A stretch of 64,000 nt of DNA from a virus. The stretch lies in IMG/VR virus record IMGVR_UViG_3300044771_000072, one strand, 5' to 3'. The notes under the pieces were generated by a model that had not been told where the DNA came from, did no database searches, and worked only from the letters and a program-made list of their open reading frames with translations. This document shows positions 31,213 to 40,621 of the stretch, one piece after another. The position numbers and the translations under genes are program-made. Every line of letters begins with the position of its first letter. Positions within the stretch are counted from its first letter, which is position 1.

Positions 31213-32823
31213 TCACGAGAGCCACTCCTTGTACTGATCTCCCGTTACTCGAGCCGCGATGTCGTGACGTTCCCGCAGTGACTTCAAGATCTTCTCGTCC
31301 ACCGTGTTCTCCGCCACCGAATCCACATACGTCACGGCGTGGTGCTGCCCCGGGCGGTGCTGCCGATCTTCGCTCTGCAGCCGCTCGAGCAGCGAGAACG
31401 TGTTCGAGTAGTAGTAGGACAGCGAGCTGTTGACCATCGTCAGCCCCATGCCCATCGATGACGCCTTCGCGACGCAGAACTGACGATCGCCCCCGCGGAA
31501 CTGATCTAGCGCCTTCGCCTTGTCCTTCTCGTTGACCTTGCCATCGTAGCGCACGCACTTCGCGGGTCCGAGCTGGCGGCAGATCGAATCGACGTCGTGC
31601 GTGAACCGAGCCCAGACGATTGCCTGCTGCTTGCCGATGTCTTCGCCCCACTCCAGAAACTGCGTGAGCCGCGGATTCTTGAGTCCTGGGATCAAGATCG
31701 GCTCGCCTTCGAGATCATCGGGGTTCGGCAGGTAGCCGCACGCGATCTGCTGCAGCCGCATGATGCGCACCATCGCGATCGGTGCCGTGATGAGCGCGCC
31801 CGAGGCCAGCTCGACCATGAACTCCTTGCGCATGGTGTCGTAGATGCGGCGCTGCTCCGGCGCCAACTCGAACACGATCCGCTGGTAGAGCTTGGCCGGC
31901 AGGTTGAGTCCTGCCTGCTCCTTGGTCAACCGCGTCGACATCGGCTGGATCATCGCGTGGAGTTTATCGAGCTCGCGGTAGCCGACGATGACCTCGATCG
32001 TCCGTCCCGTCGTCGCCGGAGTCGCGGTCAGCGTCGGTGCCTTCGTGATCGCAGCGATCTCGGCGGGCTTGAGGATCTCACGCAGGTCGAGCTGCTCGTA
32101 CGCGTCACCATCCACGTCGAGCGGCACGATCGGTACACGCGTCAGCCGCGCACCGTCTGGCGCCTTGCTGTCGTCCTCACCGCCGACCACGATCTTTCGG
32201 GTGACCGTGAACCGCGCCTGAAAGGCCGTATACGATCCGATGCCGTGACGGAGCCAGAACCGCTCGTCGAGCAATTTCATCTGCGCGTACAGATCGCATG
32301 GACTGTTGGAAACCGGCGTGCCGTTGAGCAGCCGCGCGTACGCCGCGAGCTGCCGCAATGCCGACACCTTCTTCGTCCGCTCAGCCGTCGGATTCTTGAC
32401 GCGGCTGCCCTCGTCGACGATCAGCAGAAATTTGTGCCCCGTGATCAGGGCAAGCACCGCCTTGCGGCCCCGCGGCGTAACCAGCGCGTCGTAGCTGATC
32501 GCGAACCATCGAAGCGGCGTAGCCGCGCACAGCGCCGCGTGCGCGCGATCTTGCGCCTTCGCGCGCGAGGAATGCCAGTCCAGGCCGCGCCACGGGATGG
32601 CACAGTGGAGCGGAACCTCATCCGTGATCCAGTTGCGGTGGACCCCTCCGGGTGCCACGACGATGACGGTATCGATCCGCGCCAGCTCGAAGAGGCGGAC
32701 GGCCGTGTGGATCGCCGGTGCGCTTTTCCCTGCACCGGTCTCCAAAAAGTATGCCCAGCTCGGCAACTCCCACGTCTCATCGAAGAGCTTCTGCTGGTGT
32801 TTGAACAGCGGCGGTGGCGTCAT
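31213..32823 (-). CDS. SNF2-like SF2 helicase
   Basis: ETGAGKS, IVDEGS, LNGTP, GMGLT, QSEDRQHRPGQ. Confidence 0.92.
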   Translation of the reverse strand: MTPPPLFKHQQKLFDETWELPSWAYFLETGAGKSAPAIHTAVRLFELARIDTVIVVAPGGVHRNWITDEVPLHCAIPWRGLDWHSSRAKAQDRAHAALCAATPLRWFAISYDALVTPRGRKAVLALITGHKFLLIVDEGSRVKNPTAERTKKVSALRQLAAYARLLNGTPVSNSPCDLYAQMKLLDERFWLRHGIGSYTAFQARFTVTRKIVVGGEDDSKAPDGARLTRVPIVPLDVDGDAYEQLDLREILKPAEIAAITKAPTLTATPATTGRTIEVIVGYRELDKLHAMIQPMSTRLTKEQAGLNLPAKLYQRIVFELAPEQRRIYDTMRKEFMVELASGALITAPIAMVRIMRLQQIACGYLPNPDDLEGEPILIPGLKNPRLTQFLEWGEDIGKQQAIVWARFTHDVDSICRQLGPAKCVRYDGKVNEKDKAKALDQFRGGDRQFCVAKASSMGMGLTMVNSSLSYYYSNTFSLLERLQSEDRQHRPGQHHAVTYVDSVAENTVDEKILKSLRERHDIAARVTGDQYKEWLS

Positions 32824-33282
32824 CGGTGGCGCAACGCTTTCGGGGACACCCGCCGCTGGACGTAACACCCCTCGCGCTTCGAGTAGACCTCGACGCGAAT
32901 ACGCACGCCGCCCTTGCTAATCACCTTCGCGTTCGTCGGAACGCGAAACCCGTAGCCGCCACGCGGCTCGTGCAGCCACGTCACGAGCATGCCGGGCGCC
33001 AGCTCTTCCATCGTCATCGCAGCTTCAGTGCCTCGTGCAGCAGCAACGCGGCCTCTTGTAGCGGATGCAACGGCGGCGGCGCGGCCGGCTGCCCGTGCGA
33101 CGCCTCATGGAGCAGACGCACTTTCGCGCGCGTGAGCGGCTCGAGCGTCAGCCGATCGCCATGTTCGTCGATCAGCGTGAACACCCCCTTGTCCTCGATC
33201 GCCACGTGGCGCCGTGTGCCGCGGCCGTCGGTGATCCGCAGCGTCAGCTGATTGCCCTCGAGCGTACAGTGGTAGATCGGCG

Positions 33283-33939
33283 TCATGCTCTACGTCCCAT
33301 CGCCTCGAGCGCCTCATCATGAAACCCGTGGGCCTCATAATACGCGGTCAGCCACTGCTCGGCCGTCGCGTCCTCGACCGTCGGCTTGCTCTCGGATCGC
33401 ATCCACCGCCAGAACGTCTTGCGCCGCTTCCCTAGCTCGACGCGGACCTTCACGCCCCATGTGTTCGGATTGTGCGTGGCGTGGTCCGGGTGGGGCTGGA
33501 TATCGAGAACCGTGATCGCGAGCGTCATAGAAGCTGTCCGCCGTGCTGTGCAACGTACGCGGCGAGCATGGCTCCCGTGGTCAGCGGTACCACGCACGAG
33601 CGCCTTGAAAATTCGTGGCGCGTCGCTCGTGTTGCGAACCGAGAACACGACATCTTGCCAGGGCTGGATCACGCGAGGGCGCGCGATTCGATACCCGTGG
33701 ATCTCTCGCAGATTCACGCCGGGCACCCCGTCCTGCGTGCCCTCGCTCGGACTGAAGATGCTGATGTTCCCAAGCTTGATGTCGTTCACGTGGAAGTGCT
33801 GCGCGCACTCGTCAAGGACCACGACCGAATCGACGCGCATCGTATCCTCGGGACGCCGCGTGATCGTCGCCTCCTGGCCGGGATCGATCGGGAAGTCGTG
33901 GCTGTCGATGCGTACGAGGACCGGGATATACTTCTTCAC
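33283..33939 (-). CDS. Protein whose N-terminal ~120 aa is paralogous to the putative capsid domain at 49-50 kb; possible internal start at 33528
   Basis: ITRRPE, VNDIKLGNISIF, GVPG, DVVFSV, VRGTA align with ITARPQ, VNDIKIGNRSQF, DVPG, DVVMVV, IVGTA. Confidence 0.7.
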   Translation of the reverse strand: MKKYIPVLVRIDSHDFPIDPGQEATITRRPEDTMRVDSVVVLDECAQHFHVNDIKLGNISIFSPSEGTQDGVPGVNLREIHGYRIARPRVIQPWQDVVFSVRNTSDAPRIFKALVRGTADHGSHARRVRCTARRTASMTLAITVLDIQPHPDHATHNPNTWGVKVRVELGKRRKTFWRWMRSESKPTVEDATAEQWLTAYYEAHGFHDEALEAMGRRA

Positions 33940-34728
33940 GGTGGCGGCTCCTCGTAGGAATTCCAAAACTCGCCAGCTGCCCCGCGAATCGGCAGCGCGT
34001 GCCAGAACCGGGTGTCCGCGACGTCGGCATCGAGATCCTTGTCGCGCGCGGCCTTCGCGCCCTGCGTGACGAACTCGATCCAGACCTCCGCGTGAAGGCG
34101 CGACGCAAATGCCGCGATCAGCGTCGCTGAGTACGGCTCCGCGACGTTGAACACCCCGTACATCTCGCGCGGCGCGTCGAAGGGTTCCCAGGTCACGTGC
34201 GGTACCTCGTGCCTGTGATCGCCGCATCGAAGTCCCAGGATGGGTCGTCCTGCCATTCGTCAAGCGCGTCTCCGCAGTCGTCCGCCCAGGTGAAAGGCTT
34301 GCCGTCAGCCCAGCGCTTGATGTCCTCCACGACCTCGATCAGATACGTGTCGCCGTCCAGGCCCCAGCCATCCTCGTCGCACGCATCCCGCAGCTCACGG
34401 ACGATCTGCTCCGTAGGCCGATCGATGGTCTTCAACGGCGCCTCCCAGTCAGCAGTGTGCTTGCCGAGCTCGTAGAACGTCCGGTTGTCCGCGCGCTTGA
34501 GGTAATAGCAGATGCCCATCGTTCACTTCCCCAGGAGCCTCTGAACAGGACCGACCAGCATCTCGAGCGGCTGTTGCGTCTCGTACGCGATCCGCAGCTC
34601 CTGGCGAACCTCGTGCTCCTCGTCAAACTCGGCGGCGAAAAAGCTGTTCCCGCCGTTCGCGTGCCTTCGATTGGCGTGCCCCCACGGCAAGTCGCACGGC
34701 GGAAGCGTTCTCGCAGGAATCCGGCACT

Positions 34729-36531
34729 TCACGAGAACAGCTCCTCGGCCGCCCGGGTTCCGCCAGGCGCCTTGTGGACGTAGCCCATCGTGATCAGCTT
34801 CGCGAACGCAGCTCCAACCGTGCCGCTGTTCGCGTACTTGCCCCTGGCCGTCGTTCGATCGATCACGTTCGGATACGCCGCACACACGTTGCCAAGGATT
34901 TCCTTCTCGAGCGCCGACAGCGAGCTGTTCCCGTGCAGCAGCGACGCCCGGAGCTCGTCACCGAGCGGCAGCGGCTCGTAACCGCCGAGCACACTCACGC
35001 CGGACGCCGTGATGGCCAGCTGGCCGTTCCGTGACTCGGCGTGGCCTCCTGCGATCAGCTTTGCGAATGCCGCCCCGACCGTCCCGCTGTTGGCATAGCC
35101 CGTGAAGACCAGCACCTGCTTGCGGGTCAAGCCGTCAGGATGCTGCGCGAGCGCGATCATGATCGCGCGCTCGAGCCTGGAGAACGCGCCCTCCGTGGTG
35201 GGGAGCGCCAGCTGCGGGCCGCGCACGACGCGGTTCGGACGCTCTGCGTGCGCGCGCTCCGCGGCGCCAGCCTTCAGCGCGGCTCCCACGTCCCGAGTCG
35301 TGAGCGGCGTCAGCACGTCCGCGGTCGCCTTCGCGAGAGCTGTGCGAAGCAGCGCCGCCTCTTCGCGGAACGCGGTCGCCTGCGCCGAGACGCGATCGAG
35401 CAGCGCCGGCAGAGAGGCGGCGGCGCGCTGCGCCACCTCGAGCCAGTCCGCGACGGCCCCTTCAGACTTCTGGATCAGTGCCTCGACGCGCTTGATCTGC
35501 GCATCCTTGACGACCATCTTCTCGACGATCTTGACCTTGCCGAGCTTCGTGGCCGGCGCTGGCGTCGAGCTCGTGGCGCGGGCCGCGAGCGCCTTGGTCA
35601 GCTCGGCGACCTTCACCTTCAGGGCCTTCGGATCGTTCTCCTTCTGGCGTTGCACTGCGTCTGCCATCGATTGCCCCAGGCGCGCGATGTCGACCGGCGC
35701 CAAGATCTTCGGCTCGCGCTTCTTCTCGCCGGCCTTTGGTGTCGCACCGGAATCGAACGTGCGGCGCTGGCGAATCGCGATCCGCTTGAACAGGTTCGCC
35801 GAGGGGTTCCAGGCCCAGGCTTCGCCGCGCGGGAGCGACGGGAGCGACTGCATCATCTCCGTGGCGAGCTTGGGATCCGCGTTGCGGCGCACCCACTTCT
35901 CGATCGCATCCAGATCGAGCGGATGCGAGCACCCAAGCGCGACCAACATGTCCGCCTGGGAAAGCACGTTCTTGTTGAGCACCGATGCACGCTGCGTGAC
36001 GAGCGTGCAGCCGATGCCCTTCTTTCGGCCGCGACGCACGATGTCATCGGTCGCCCCGCACGTCTTCATCTCGCCGCCGAATGGGTTCTGGGGCGCGAAC
36101 AAATCCGCTTCGTCGATGAACAAGTGCATCGCCTCGCGGTTCTTGCGATAGAGCGTCTCGAGAAAATCGCCAATGAATCGCAGCTCTTCGCCCTTGGTCA
36201 AGGTCTCCGTGCAGACGATCACCGAGAACCGCTCACGTACGATCGCTTCGGCCAGCACCACGCCCCCACCGGGCTCGAGCTGGACATCCCCGTGATCGCC
36301 ACCGAACACCGCGATCGGGTAGCCGGTGGAACGTCCATTGGGCGAGCTCCGTAGACCGTAGTGCGCGTCGGTCGGATCGATGATCACGACGACCTGATGG
36401 GCCTCGAGCAGCTCCTCGGCCTCGACCGCGACTAGGTAGCTCTTGCCCTTACCCTTTTGCGCGAGGATTGCCTGCGTCGACGTGACGAAGTCCGCGGCAA
36501 GCGTGAGGTTGTCGGCGATGCGGAGCTTCAT
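34729..36531 (-). CDS. HerA/FtsK-superfamily ATPase (DUF87-like) with coiled coil and duplicated C-terminal domain
   Basis: AQKGKGKS, IIDPT, LFIDEAD, RRGRKKG, TQR; YANSGTVGAAFAKLI twice. Confidence 0.85.
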   Translation of the reverse strand: MKLRIADNLTLAADFVTSTQAILAQKGKGKSYLVAVEAEELLEAHQVVVIIDPTDAHYGLRSSPNGRSTGYPIAVFGGDHGDVQLEPGGGVVLAEAIVRERFSVIVCTETLTKGEELRFIGDFLETLYRKNREAMHLFIDEADLFAPQNPFGGEMKTCGATDDIVRRGRKKGIGCTLVTQRASVLNKNVLSQADMLVALGCSHPLDLDAIEKWVRRNADPKLATEMMQSLPSLPRGEAWAWNPSANLFKRIAIRQRRTFDSGATPKAGEKKREPKILAPVDIARLGQSMADAVQRQKENDPKALKVKVAELTKALAARATSSTPAPATKLGKVKIVEKMVVKDAQIKRVEALIQKSEGAVADWLEVAQRAAASLPALLDRVSAQATAFREEAALLRTALAKATADVLTPLTTRDVGAALKAGAAERAHAERPNRVVRGPQLALPTTEGAFSRLERAIMIALAQHPDGLTRKQVLVFTGYANSGTVGAAFAKLIAGGHAESRNGQLAITASGVSVLGGYEPLPLGDELRASLLHGNSSLSALEKEILGNVCAAYPNVIDRTTARGKYANSGTVGAAFAKLITMGYVHKAPGGTRAAEELFS

Positions 36532-37079
36532 GACCCCTCGACAGCGGCCAGCCGTTGCTCGAGCTCCGCGCGATACTTCTCATCGGTCGCGCGAAGATCC
36601 TCGATGCGGCGCTGCAGCTCTGCGAACGCCTCGTCATACGCGTCGAGCAGCTCCAGCACCGTCTCGCGATCGAGCGCAGCGAACAGATCGAGCACGCCCC
36701 GCGCCGCATGCAGATCCGGCTGCCGGTCCGATCGCTGCGCGATCGCACACAGGATGTCGCCGTCCCCGCGCGACGTGCCGATGCGTCGGAACGAGTTGCT
36801 GGTCTGGACCTGGTACGGGCCGGGAGGAACTGCCGAGGCGAGCGCTCGGAGTTGCTGGCGGCGCTCGTCCGTCAGGGGCGGACGGATGTACGATTCGACG
36901 GCAGGTGCCACGGTCCCACGACGAACGTACGCCTCTGCTTCCTCTTCTTCCTTCGTGCGCTCCGGCAAGGACGACAAGAAATCTCGATCCTGTGCAGGCT
37001 CGACGTATTTGAAACCGATCGCGATGTGCATCATGTCGTTTTCTCCCCTCGCAACGCCTTCCCGAAGACCTCCACCCAT
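36528..37079 (-). CDS. Ead/Ea22-like phage protein
   Basis: PGPY...FAAL..ETVLELLD; start uncertain. Confidence 0.45.
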   Translation of the reverse strand: MGGGLREGVARGENDMMHIAIGFKYVEPAQDRDFLSSLPERTKEEEEAEAYVRRGTVAPAVESYIRPPLTDERRQQLRALASAVPPGPYQVQTSNSFRRIGTSRGDGDILCAIAQRSDRQPDLHAARGVLDLFAALDRETVLELLDAYDEAFAELQRRIEDLRATDEKYRAELEQRLAAVEGS

Positions 37080-37224
37080 TCCTCGAGCTGGGCGCGCGGC
37101 AGCGTGAGAATGACGATCGCCGAGGTCTCCGTCGCGTCATCGAACGAATCAAGCAGCAGCATGAATTCGCCCCTGTCCACGAGGAGAAGCTTGGCGCGCG
37201 GACCGTACATCTCGATCGATGGCA

Positions 37225-37575
37225 TCAGTCCGCTCCTGGCAGCGCCATCTGGCGATCCGGCTCCGCCGCACGCTCCACCGGCGTAACGTCATACAGACCA
37301 TCGGCCATCCGCGCGAGCACGTCGCCGTGACACGCGTGTGACGGGCGACAGTAACAGCCAAGGATCTTCCCCTTCAGCGTCGGCAGCTCCGCGAGGAGCT
37401 CGGGCTGCTGGAGGATCCAGGTCGCATACGCGGCGATCGCCTCCTCGCGCGTCCGTACACGAAACATCGCGAGCGCGCTGGTCTGATGCGAGTACGGATT
37501 TCCCCAGCGTGACGGGCGGCCGATGAAGACATCGAACTTCTCCGTGCGGCAATTGACAACGCGGGTCTCGCTCAT
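37225..37575 (-). CDS. DUF4326-like protein
   Basis: DVFIGRPSRWGNPY...LKGKILGCYC....CHGDVL. Confidence 0.85.
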   Translation of the reverse strand: MSETRVVNCRTEKFDVFIGRPSRWGNPYSHQTSALAMFRVRTREEAIAAYATWILQQPELLAELPTLKGKILGCYCRPSHACHGDVLARMADGLYDVTPVERAAEPDRQMALPGAD

Positions 37576-38187
37576 GTGCGAGGCCCCGGCCTGTAGTTGT
37601 GCAAGCTGAATGCCTGGACGTCCGTGCGCACGTGCCTGACCGTGCGCGCGAGCACGTACACAGTGGGCCAGGGTACATCCGTGTCGCGCATGCCGAGGAC
37701 GTCCGCACCCTTGTACACGCCAACGTCATCAAGGTCGCACGCGTAACCCGATCCATTGGCGCGCCACCACAGGCCGCAGTTGCCGACGCACGTCCGCGAG
37801 TCGAGCACGTAGTAGTCGCCGGTCGGATCGATCGCGTTGCCAAGACCGTCGGACTTTGGCTCCGTCACCGCAAGATCTCCGTCGGCTTGCCGCCGATCAG
37901 CGCCTCGACACGGATCTGCACCTTGCCCTCGACGGCCTCGACGGCGACGATCGCCTTCTCGTCGCCGAGCTCCTTGGCGATCATACCCTCGAGTAGATCG
38001 AACGTGCTCCGATCAAACGGCAGCCGCCACGGTTTCTCGAGCAACGCGATCGCGCGCTCCGTCGCTTCGCGCAGGCGCTCGAAGCGGGGGTTGAACCACG
38101 CCCCGCCGACCACCCTCCCGGACGGATCGACAACCGCCGCGTCCGCAGGGCCCAGCTGAGATTCGACGAGATCCTGGTCGCGATACG

Positions 38188-38430
38188 TCATGCGTCACCT
38201 TCCGTCTTCGGATCGCTCGCCTCGCCCCAGCAGATCGCCAGTCGCGCAAGCTCCACGTTGTTCTTGGTCTTGAGTCGCTTCATCACCATCAGTCGATGCG
38301 AATCGATCGTCTTGACGCTCGAGCCACGTCGCTTGGCGATCTGGCCGTTAGTCAGGCCCTCGGCAAGCAGACGTGCGATCTCGAGCTGCACCGGAGAGAG
38401 GCTGGTGAACGGGTTGATCGGGGGCGTCAC
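38188..38430 (-). CDS. LuxR-type HTH regulator
   Basis: LSPVQLEIARLLAEGLTNGQIA...SVKTIDSHR..VMKRL. Confidence 0.85.
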   Translation of the reverse strand: MTPPINPFTSLSPVQLEIARLLAEGLTNGQIAKRRGSSVKTIDSHRLMVMKRLKTKNNVELARLAICWGEASDPKTEGDA

Positions 38431-38668
38431 TTCGCCGCCGTCTTTCTCTTGCGCGGCTCGAGCTTGGACCAGCCCCCGTCGCGGACGCAGAAGAACCCGA
38501 CGGCGTTCGCGAGATCGCGACCACACTCCTCGCACAGCACGAGCTTGACGGGCTTCGACATCACAGCGCGGCTGTCGACCCAGACGACCGCCGCGAGGGG
38601 CGCGCCCTTCGTGCCAGCACAGCCGGTGCACGGCTCCGTGCAGTCGATCGCTGTTTCCGCGGTGATGC

Positions 38669-39466
38669 TCATATCGAAATGTCCCCGATGATCGCGACCT
38701 CTTGCAGCAGCGACTTCGATTGCTCCATCTGTGCCTTGAGGAATTGCCGCGTCGCGGCCATCTGCCGCTTTCGCACCGCGCGCTCCTTCGCGTACAAGAT
38801 CGTCAAATAGCTGCTATGGGGCGGCGCATCTCCCGCGATCGGCGAATCGTCCGATCGCTGGCGTAGCGTCTCGATCTTCCGCCCCATCGCATTCCACTCG
38901 GCGCTACCGACGACCCGTCGGGACATCTTCTTCTCGATCAGGCCGATGATCGTCTCGGGGTGCGCGAGGTACCGCGCGCGGCGGCTTGGAACGATCGTCA
39001 CGATCCCTTCGGAGAGCGGATGTCGATCGGTGACCCCTTGCAGCGAGCTGAACTGCTCGAGCGAGTAGCCGACCCAGAAGCCGCTCACGAGCCAGCCGTG
39101 GCGGTGGTCTTCCTCGAACACCTTCCAGCAGTCCTGCAGCATCTGGCCGCCGTTGAGCCCGGGGGCGTTCAAGAACCCCGCGCCGCATGTCGTCGCCTTG
39201 ACCGCAGCGCAGCGATCCGCGGCGATCAGGACGTCGCGCCCTTCAGAACCGTCGAGATACGCGGCCGGCGGGGAGCTCGGCCACGCGAGTTGCCAGTAGG
39301 AACTCGAGGCGTAGTCGAGATCGATCGCACCGGAGAACGACGCGGCCCTCAGCACAGCCTCAGCGAACCGGCGCAAAAGGATCGGCGTGCCCCAGTCCGG
39401 GGACCCCGCCGAGTGCTGGGCGAGCGGAATGTGGTCGACGGCGGCCGGCGCTCCGAGATCGATCAC
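38669..39466 (-). CDS. Phage N6-adenine DNA methyltransferase-like protein (variant motif NAPG)
   Basis: DWGTP, IDLDYASS, FLNAPG. Confidence 0.55.
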   Translation of the reverse strand: MIDLGAPAAVDHIPLAQHSAGSPDWGTPILLRRFAEAVLRAASFSGAIDLDYASSSYWQLAWPSSPPAAYLDGSEGRDVLIAADRCAAVKATTCGAGFLNAPGLNGGQMLQDCWKVFEEDHRHGWLVSGFWVGYSLEQFSSLQGVTDRHPLSEGIVTIVPSRRARYLAHPETIIGLIEKKMSRRVVGSAEWNAMGRKIETLRQRSDDSPIAGDAPPHSSYLTILYAKERAVRKRQMAATRQFLKAQMEQSKSLLQEVAIIGDISI

Positions 39467-39663
39467 GCCGACTCCTTCGAAGTGAGGGTCGCCAACGCGT
39501 CGTTCGCGGCCTTGCGCAAGAACGACGACGCACCACTCATCCCCTGCGATCGGGCGTATTTGAACCAGCGATCGTACTCCTTCGGGGAGCAGCGGACGCT
39601 GAGCGCGCGCGTCAGCTCGCGCGGAAGCGTGCGGGGACGGCCACGGCCTCGTTTCTTCGACAT
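39463..39663 (-). CDS. Small DNA-binding protein (AT-hook-like GRGRPR plus RHH)
   Basis: KKRGRGRPR...SVRCS..EY..W...A......SSFLR. Confidence 0.6.
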   Translation of the reverse strand: MSKKRGRGRPRTLPRELTRALSVRCSPKEYDRWFKYARSQGMSGASSFLRKAANDALATLTSKESA

Positions 39664-39671
39664 GGACGATG

Positions 39672-39931
39672 TGCGTACAGGATTGCCGAGGACGAGGTCA
39701 AGTTAAAATAGGCCGCTTATGCGGCCTGGGCAGATCTCGGCCTGGGCAAAACGCAAGGGCGAAATTATTTTGCGACCACCGATCCACGCTAGTGCTTACT
39801 TGTCCACAGGGGCGCTAGTCCGACGACGATTCTCACGCTGTCCACAGGTTTCTCACCGGGAGTGCGCCGTGCGGACGGGCACGGTGAGATCCCAGGGCAC
39901 GCTCCCGACTTGCTCCCGGGCATGTGGATTG
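39672..39931. promoter_or_regulatory. Divergent control region with DnaA-box-like 9-mers and a short direct repeat
   Basis: TTGTCCACA 39800, CTGTCCACA 39838, TGTGGATTG 39923; GGCCTGGGCA at 39723 and 39739. Confidence 0.45.
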
Positions 39932-39994
39932 TGTAGAAGGGGCCGTGTCTTCTGTCACCGACGCAGCCCTGACGTGTGACCAAAGGGGCGGTGG

Positions 39995-40621
39995 ATGAAG
40001 CACGACGCGGACCTCGCGATCGACTTCCTCACCTGGGCCTATCCCGAAGGTCCTTGGTGTCTGACCGCGATCGAGGTGGACGCCCCGGGCATCGATACCG
40101 AGACGTTCTACCCGGAGACCTCCGACCAGCTCCGTGCGTTCCTGGACCGCTTCGCGCGGCGCAACCTGTACTGGAGCGCGAACCGGCCGATGTACGCGGT
40201 CTCGAAGAAGACCGAGAAGACCGACATCGCTGCGGCCCATTTTCTTCACGTAGATATCGACCCCCGCGTCGATCTATCACTCAAGACCCCTGAAGATCTC
40301 GCGACGCATATCGCGCGCGAGCGCGTACGCATCCTCGCACTGCTGACCCATCCTCCGGCGCCGGTTCCACGTCCAACGATCGTGGTGTTCTCGGGAGGCG
40401 GCTACCAAGCACTGTGGCGCCTCAGCGAGCCCTTCGTGATTGACGGCGACCTGGCGCGTGCCGAGGAGCTCGAGAGCTACAACCGGCAGCTCGAGATCGT
40501 GTTCGGTGCCGATGCTTGTCACAACGTGGACCGGATCCTGAGACTCGTCGGATCCGCCAATTTTCCGAATGCCAAGAAGCGCCTGAAGGGCCGGACTGTC
40601 GAGCGTGCTGTCGTCGTCTAA
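39995..40621 (+). CDS. RepB-like (AEP) primase domain, N-terminal part of frameshifted primase-helicase
   Basis: LHVDIDP, VVFSGGGYQALW, DACHNVDRILRL.GS.N. Confidence 0.85.
   Translation: MKHDADLAIDFLTWAYPEGPWCLTAIEVDAPGIDTETFYPETSDQLRAFLDRFARRNLYWSANRPMYAVSKKTEKTDIAAAHFLHVDIDPRVDLSLKTPEDLATHIARERVRILALLTHPPAPVPRPTIVVFSGGGYQALWRLSEPFVIDGDLARAEELESYNRQLEIVFGADACHNVDRILRLVGSANFPNAKKRLKGRTVERAVVV

Noticed and set aside
34729..36531. HerA-based defence system (HerA-Sir2, NurA-HerA)
   Set aside because: No effector or nuclease partner is adjacent; neighbours are small phage ORFs
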